DNA from: Octopus vulgaris
Lineage: Eukaryota
Assembly (NCBI GenBank): GCA_951406725.2
Contig: OX597819.1
Coordinates: forward strand, 21,514,001 to 21,578,000
Direction: 5' to 3'
DNA length: 64,000 bases
Position numbers and translations under genes: made by a program. The notes beneath the pieces were generated by a model. It had not been told where the DNA came from, did not search any database, and worked only from the letters and a program-made list of their open reading frames with translations. Of this stretch, positions 55,491 to 64,000 are shown piece after piece (position 1 is the stretch's first letter; every line of letters starts with the position of its first letter).

Positions 55491-57181
55491 TGCACGTATG
55501 TGTGTGTATGTATCTGTTTAAGTATGTGTATATGTATGACTGGACGTCAGTATAATTGAAGCAGAATGATATAACAGGGTCTTCACATGTAGGCATATCA
55601 ATGAGGGTATATAATGTTTTAATGGTGAATAGATATATATACACACACATACATATGTGTGAGTGTATACTTGCTTTTGTGGGTTTAAGCCAAACGCTGA
55701 ATCCATGCTGGGGTGCCACTTTTTGTGTGATTGTATTTATTTCAAACTTCCCGACTTTTTGCGAAACTGTTTCTGATGGAATAGCGTTTTGGGTAGAATA
55801 GCAGTTCTTTGTTTTCTGCTAAGACAAAGGTTCTTCTGGTATCTGAGATAATAAAAAAAAAACTTTGTTCAGATAGTTTCGGGAAGCATCTACATCTACA
55901 CCTGTTAAGGTCTCTGAGGTTTTAGGCAGTATAGTGCACAAAATTGTGGTCCCGTGTGCCCTAAGCTATTACAGTATTGTGTCCTTACTCAAGTTGGAGA
56001 AGATACAATCTCTGGTACTATTCAATGGCATCCAGTTCGGTTGGTGGCAAGACTTCTCAGGATCTTCCAAATATATATCATGATTTATCCTTCGCCTCTT
56101 CACTCTAGAGAGTTGAATCTCAATTCTTTTCTTAGATTCATATATAAAACCTGCACACAAACATGTACGTATATACATGTGTATATCTATGTGTGGAAAT
56201 ATCTATGTATTCGTGGGTGTAGTGTGGCCATGCTGGTGAACCCTACATATATAGGTGTGTGTGTGTGTGTGTGTGTCTGCATACGTGTACTGCTGTCAAT
56301 CACAAACGAGTATAAGCTGGTAGCATAAGCCATGTTTTTGCTACCGGCTTTAGATTTGCACGGAATCGGAAATCCAACGATTGCGTTTAAAGAACATGAA
56401 ATATTATATAACAAGTGAAAAGCATGTTTTAGCTGAGAGAACAAAATCCCGTGCCCAGTCCTCGGAGCGATCCCGTGTCTTTCTGATTGCGAACCCATGT
56501 AAACAATTGACCTACGACCATTCACACACATGCCAGAAACACTTATATACAGACACAAACGAACAAAAATATGTGTTTATATCTTCTGAATTATCGGCGA
56601 ATTCAGCAAAAGCTGACTCGATGCGTAGTCATTTACTTATAGATATCATCCCGTGAAGAACAATGGGAGAATGTTTAGCACATTTGTAATGGCGAATTAC
56701 AGTTGTTTCGATACTGTTTTTAACCCTATTGCATGCAAATGTTTCATGAGACAAGCGACGCAATATTTGCGGCTTTATACGTGGACTAGTGCTTAGGTTG
56801 TTGCCGATCGCCAGATAGGAGCGTGGTTTTATCAATTCTGAGTTGAAAACCCACGTGAAACAGGAAACAACTCCAATATTTATTCCAAATCTAGTCATGG
56901 TAAGCGAAGTTCCAGCAATCAACTTAACGGCTGCAGGGCAGGGCACGGTCCCTCCCAGGTCGTATAGAGAATACTGGATAAGTTTCTCATGCACAGGACC
57001 TGCCCAAGAGCAGACTGCCGCCGCTAGATTAGACATTAGGGGAGCGCATCATTAGATACAAGCATTGTATTGTGCTTATGTGTGTGTCAGGGTGTATATA
57101 GATATGTGTGTGCGCGTGAATGTATATAGGAGAGGAAGAGGGAAATATAAGATTGATAGATAGATAGGAGAATATATAAAA

Positions 57182-57233
<52 letters not shown>

Positions 57234-59129
57234 GGGAGAGAGATAAGCATGCATAAATATAGACAACAGCAAACAGACACAAATATTGGTATTTACATAA
57301 AATCATATATAAAAACTGCTGATGGATCACTGATTAGATCCGAGTATTGCAACTGGTTTCCTTGTGGTGTATGGCAGCACGTATAATATATACGTATATA
57401 AATGTGTAAATCTTTGCAGATTCGGCCGTTCCATTACAGTTACAAGTTTCTTGTTAACATTGCGCTTTGCATTCTAATTCCTCATGTCAATATCAAATAT
57501 TTCGACGCAAATCTTTTTACTGCTTTTATTGTGAAAATGTTTTTCTCTGGCTGCGATATTCATTTTGTGCATCTGTCTGTGTGTTCACCTCAAGTGCTCG
57601 ACGATAGCGTGCGCTCCACTCTTTTGTCAGGGCATTCTTTAGAAAAGCCTGATGTTACCGCGCGTCTCCCTCTTACTCCCTCTCTGCACACACATACATA
57701 CAGACACACACACGCATGCACGCACACACACACGTATGTCTGTTTACATAGATGTATTTTTGTACTGTCTGTGCTGTGTATTCGAGTGTGTTTCCGTGCA
57801 TGTGAGATATATATATGAATCTGGGAATGTTTATGTTAGAGTCACTTGTTGGTGGTTCTTTTGTGTATACACTGAAAAAAGAACCCCAAAAATACATTCT
57901 CTTCCTTCGTGGTATTCAGTAAACGAACTATTTTTACAAGTTAGGGAATATTTTGGTTTATTGATTTATAGTATATTGCTGTACTTGTGAAAGGCACCAT
58001 AGATTTCAGTGTAAGCTAGGTCACACTAAAGTTACTGTTAATAAGATGCGAAAAAATATTTAAAGATAAAATACAAAACCAAATGAACATATCTTGTGCT
58101 ATCGGGATTTGATATTACCGTCTTCGAAATGTAAGGACGATTTTAAGTATCTACTGACATACAACAGGACGGGGAGAGATTAATTCTTTCGACGTATGCA
58201 GCATTTTTATTTGTCGTTCCAAGATAGCTAACCGTTCTGGGTACAAATTGTTGAGAGAATATTTGATTCTGCATAATTGGCGTTTCGTATAAGTGTTTCC
58301 ATTGATTGATACTGGCTTACACAAGAACACATGTGTTGTTATGTATTCTTTGTTATGTTCTAAATGTATCATTATATTGGTAATATCTGCTCTTAGGTTT
58401 CTACCTCCGGTCTGTTGTAAGAATGCATGAAATGAAACGTCGAACGGTATTATGAGAGCACAGGGTGTTCGGGTTGAATTCGACACGTTGCCTAAAATTG
58501 AATGAAAACAGACAAAAGAAAAAGTATTTAAAATAACAATAAAAAATTCTCAAATAGGTTGTGGCTGAGATGTAACATTTTAGCCAAAGCCACCACTCTC
58601 AGCTTCCACCACGTCCTCAAGTCGGCCCCAGCACTTGGTGCATGCATTCCTCGATCTAAAGTATCATCAAACACAGGAAAATAAAATATTCGCTAATTTC
58701 AGATAATTATCGATGTAGAAGAAGATCGAACTGAACACTCCATTCTGATCTACGTGCTATAAGCCTATGGACAGACAAAATCAATATTAGGTTAATTGAG
58801 GAGGCATTTGAACTCACGGACATTGGAAAAGAGAATGCGCTCAAACAAACTTATTCTCACTTTCCTGGTGGTCTGCACACAGCATCCAAAAGTATCAAGG
58901 AATAAAGAGTATTTGTTACATACTATCTCGGATGAAGTGCTCGCATTAATAATACAGCCAATATAGCTCGTAAGAAGAATTCCTGTATAATTAGGACTTA
59001 ACTGACCCGACAACAATATCATCATTCCCCTTTTTCTCCTGTGTAAGACCACATCTACAATATTTCTACACTTTGCGGTTTCCTCACACTAAACAAAAAA
59101 CATTTCGAGAATTGAGTTATTCCGATTGG

Positions 59130-59175
<46 letters not shown>

Positions 59176-59440
59176 GAAAACAAAATATGGGACAAGAATA
59201 CAAAACATCCAGACAGCTTGATGATACAAAAAAGGGACAACAAAACATCCAGACAGATGATACGAAAGAGTGACAAGAAAAAATAGGGTCGGGTCATTCG
59301 AAGTTTTCTTTCCTCAGTCGAGTGCCAGATTATCTTTGCAATTTCGGCTGGTTATACATGAGGTTGCTCCAATCTGGCCAGTCCCAAGGAAAAACTACGC
59401 TAAGAGTATTAGATTCTTTGGAAGAAAGCAGCGAATGACT

Positions 59441-59640
59441 TATTTGTTCGTCATTTGACTGCGGCCATGCTGGACACCGCCGTTAGTTGAACAAATGGAC
59501 CCCTGGACCTATACTTCATAAGCTTAGTACATATTCTATCGATCTCTTTTGCTAAGCCAATAAGTTACTGGAACGTAACTCATCAACATTGGTTGTCAGG
59601 TGATGGTGAGGGACAACACAGACACACACACACGTGTCTG
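59441..59640 (-). mobile_element. SINE family A, 3' half
   Basis: gtcatttgactgcggccatgctggacaccgcc is the reverse complement of the family A tail. Confidence 0.8.
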
Positions 59641-59914
59641 TGTGTAATGCTAATATCGAACAGTGAGAATGAGTTCTTAACACTGCATTGGTAGTTAAAT
59701 ATTTCCTATTTGCTGGTTAACAAGGCAACAAATGGTTTCATGACAAGCATAACACATCGAAGTTTTGGTAGTCTGCAATCCAATTTGGAGAGGAGTGCAT
59801 GTATATATGTGTGTGTGCGTGTATGTATGTATGTGTGTATGTATGTATATACACAAACATTTATACTAGTAGTAGTGCACTTTATAGTTTTAGTGAAGGA
59901 TTGGAACTGTAGAC

Positions 59915-60375
59915 TTCGAATTAGTTTCCACTTTTATAGTTTTGTGAAGCTAAATTTCTCAAGATTGGTATCTAAGCAGTGTGTGAAATATCCCTGCGCC
60001 TCAATAATCACAGATATAAACCTGAACTTGTAATCTGGATAGAGTAACTTCAGATTTCTCATTAATTCAGCATAGGTGTTCTCTTTTTCATTGATCTTCA
60101 GTTTTATGTTTACATCCACTGGGCAGCTAATTTCCACAATTCTGCACAGCTTCTCTTCTCTCTCCCAAATCATTATATCAGGCCTGTTATGCTTACATTT
60201 TATTGAAGACATCACTGGCACATTCTAACACTATTCCTTTTTATTAAGAGTGGCTATGGCATCTACCTTATTGTGGGTTCTTATTTCTTTGTCCTCGGAG
60301 TTATCCTTCCGACGGATTTCATTGTAGAGTGGCCTAGGTAAAATATCATGTATCATCGGTAGATAGTACGGGTTT
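59915..60375 (-). mobile_element. R4/Dong-type RLE LINE fragment (second copy)
   Basis: YYLPMIHD...KCKHNRPDIMIWEREEKLCRIVEISCPVDVNIKLKINEKENTYAEL...YPDYKF. Confidence 0.85.
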
Positions 60376-60477
60376 AATACCTGAAGAATTGTAAGGAGGC
60401 TAGAAGGAACAACCGTTACCAGTATTTCATTCAGCTCTTTCGCTTCCCTTTCCCTTTCATCATTTTAAAGTCGATAA

Positions 60478-60478
60478 T

Positions 60479-60547
<69 letters not shown>

Positions 60548-60746
60548 CATATATATCTACCTATAAATATATACATATACATACATATATCTGTATATAT
60601 ATATATATATACATACATATATATCTATCTATAAATATATACATATACATACATATATCTGTATATATATATACATACATAGATCTATATATATAAATAT
60701 ATATATATCTATATATATATATATATATACATAGATCTATATATAT

Positions 60747-60784
<38 letters not shown>

Positions 60785-60828
60785 GATCTATATATATAAA
60801 ATATATATATACATAGATCTATATATAT

Positions 60829-60870
<42 letters not shown>

Positions 60871-60883
60871 GATCTATATATAT

Positions 60884-60955
<72 letters not shown>

Positions 60956-61888
60956 TATATGTATATATATATACATATATCTGTATATATATATACATAT
61001 ATATATCTATATATATAAACATAGATACATCTATATATATACATATATCTATATTTATACATATACATATATCTATATATATATATACATACATACATTT
61101 ATAACTATATATATATACACATACATACATATATAACTATCTATCTATCTATATATATATATATATATACATATACATACATACATATATAACTATCTAT
61201 CTATATATATATATACATATATACATACATACATAACTATCTATATATTTACACATACATACATATATAACTATCTATATATACATATACATACATATAT
61301 AACTATCTATATATGTATACATATACCTACATATATAACTATCTATATATACATACATACATAACTGTCTATATATATATACATATACATGCATAACTGT
61401 CTATATATATATACATATACATACATAACTGTCTATATATATATATACATATACATACATACATAACTATCTATATATATACATATACATACATACATAA
61501 CTATCTATATATACATATATTACTATCTATATATATATACATTTAAATACATACATATATAACTATCTATATATACATACATATATAAACTATCTATATA
61601 CATATACATACATATATAACTATCTATTTATATATACATGCATACATACATACATATATAACTATCTATTTATATATACATGCATACATACATACATATA
61701 TAACTATCTATATATATATACATACATATATATATAACTATCTATATATATACATACATACATATATAACTATCTATATATATATACATACATACATATA
61801 TAACTATCTATATATATATATACATACATATATATATATAACGATCTATCTATCTATATATATATATACATACATATATATATAACGA

Positions 61889-61952
<64 letters not shown>

Positions 61953-61995
61953 CATACACACACACACTCATATATATGTATGTATACATATATGA
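60478..61995. repeat. TA-rich minisatellite with variable units (acatagatctatat, then ataactatct)
   Basis: Recurrent anchors separated by variable (TA)n/(TACA)n. Confidence 0.9.
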
Positions 61996-62489
61996 GTGTG
62001 TGCATTATACATAACAAAAATGTCTGCTAATTTTGTATGTTTAGGTACATTTATTGTGAGTTCCTTGTGTTTGTGCGTTTATCTAAATGTTTGTCTTTGT
62101 ATTCAATATATCTATATGTCTGTCTGACAGTGTATTGATCTACTGTCTACGGTAAATAGCAATAATTTTATTTCTATATCTATTTAATTCATGTCTACTC
62201 ATATGAGAATATCACTCTAAATTCTTTACCCAGTCTCAAGAGTTGTTTAACTACAACATACCAACGAATATTACATACAAAAACACCCAGCAAAAACTTA
62301 GGAGCACACGCACATATGCGCACAAACACACACGTATATATGCATACTAATCTACCTATTTATATAGTTATCTCTTTAGCTATCTATACATATCTGTAGA
62401 TATATATTCACATTACATTTGACTTAGATATATGTCTATCTATCTATCCATCTGTGTCTGTCTATCTGTTTACTCTATCTCTCTCTCCC

Positions 62490-62549
<60 letters not shown>

Positions 62550-62582
62550 AAATATACATCTATCAACATATATATATATATA

Positions 62583-62975
62583 TCTTTATATATAAAAGTG
62601 AAGTTCTGTGTCTGTCTCCTACGATTTAGATTCCTAACTACTCCCACATTTTGCGATGCAGTTTAACCAAAACCGGGTATCTTATAGTCGTGATTCATAT
62701 CGAGCCCTTCTGGGTATTAGCGCGCGTCTACGATGAGTCTACTATTTAAAAAAAAATTTACCATAATTTTTTTCCATTTTAATGCATTTTTTCGCTATTA
62801 TATAAGGGAAGTAACTCTCTAAAAATGTCTACGATGTGTCAACGATTTAAAAAAAAATTACCATCATTTTTTTCCATTTTTAATGCATTTTTTTGCTTTT
62901 TTTGCTATAACTCTCTAAAAATGCTTATATAGTTATTTCCCTTACAAACCCGAGCAACGCCGGACGATACTGCTG
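62583..62975 (+). mobile_element. Non-autonomous Helitron, copy 3 (3' CTAG mutated)
   Basis: Close match to the reverse complement of 37906-38304, including the internal duplication. Confidence 0.85.
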
Positions 62976-63075
62976 TATATATATATATAAAGATAGATAT
63001 ATACGCATGTATATATATACATATACGTACGTACGTACATGTATATATATATATATATTTGTAAATGTAATATGT

Positions 63076-63156
63076 GATAATTACTCGGTAGCCCTCATAA
63101 AACTCCGAGTTTCGGATGACGGGATGGAAATCCACGCCGCCATCTCTTCAGTTATC
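63076..63156 (-). ncRNA. Type I hammerhead ribozyme with long stems II and III
   Basis: GAUAA-CUGAAGA-GAUGGCGG...CCGUCAUC-c-GAAAC-UCGG-AG...CU-a-CCGA-GUA-a-UUAUC; one extra base before GAAA and one after GUA; insert flanked by (TA)n. Confidence 0.75.
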
Positions 63157-63186
63157 CGGCCATCGGAAAAATGCTATGAAAAATAA

Positions 63187-63270
<84 letters not shown>

Positions 63271-63714
63271 ATACTATGCATGTAAATTGGGATTATTCAT
63301 ATACGTATGAGTTTATACATGTGTATATCTAATTTTAATATATTTATGCATGCACACATATACACAAGCATATAGTCACACTAACACCCACACACACTCA
63401 TTGATATATAAACACAATACAGATCATAGGGGATTACATATAACATATAACTTGGGATAGCAAAGAATAGGTGTAAGAATTTCTATTTGCCTGAGTATAA
63501 AATTCTTGTATATGTTTGGAGATACTTTTTACACACACACACACACGCGCGCACACAAGTATATTCATGTATACACATGTATTTGTACATGCATATATAT
63601 GTATATATTTATGTTTTTATGTATATACGTATATACATATATTCATGTGAATATAGTTATATAAAATCAATTATAGATATATACATAGACGTATACTTAA
63701 AACATATATGTATG

Positions 63715-63755
<41 letters not shown>

Positions 63756-64000
63756 GTATATATTTATAAATAAATATATATATATGTATGTATTTATATG
63801 TACATATATATGTATATGTATATATTCATAAATAAACAAATATATATATATATATTTATAAATGTATATATATATATATATATTTATAAATAAATAAATA
63901 AATATATATATATATTTATAAATAAATAAATATATATATATATTTATAAATAAATAAATATATATATATATTTATAAATAAATATATATATATATATTTA

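Noticed and set aside
58792-59052. YIG-containing ORF as a second GIY-YIG
   Set aside because: Lacks the upstream VY motif and the downstream R/H/Cys pattern in a consistent frame

Overview
Very AT-rich, microsatellite-saturated animal DNA, most likely intergenic or intronic. Its SINE families and huge (TA)n/(CA)n arrays resemble Octopus (inference). No host protein-coding gene can be supported; almost all ORFs in the track are microsatellite artefacts. Recognisable content is transposon-derived: a 5'-truncated CR1/L2-group LINE with RT, RTE and R4/Dong-type LINE fragments, three non-autonomous Helitrons, several tRNA-derived SINE families, a TIR MITE and a decayed Penelope-like (PLE) GIY-YIG endonuclease gene. 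The main signal is at least 8 type I hammerhead-ribozyme (HHR) motifs from about 6 unrelated sequence families. Seven of them lie 15-180 bp upstream of a (TA)n array and point into it. Two sit back to back in a perfect 313-bp palindrome, and one lies in a tRNA-headed SINE-like element. Together these suggest a PLE-mobilised, (TA)n-targeting community of short ribozyme-bearing retroelements. All alignments and folds were done by eye.
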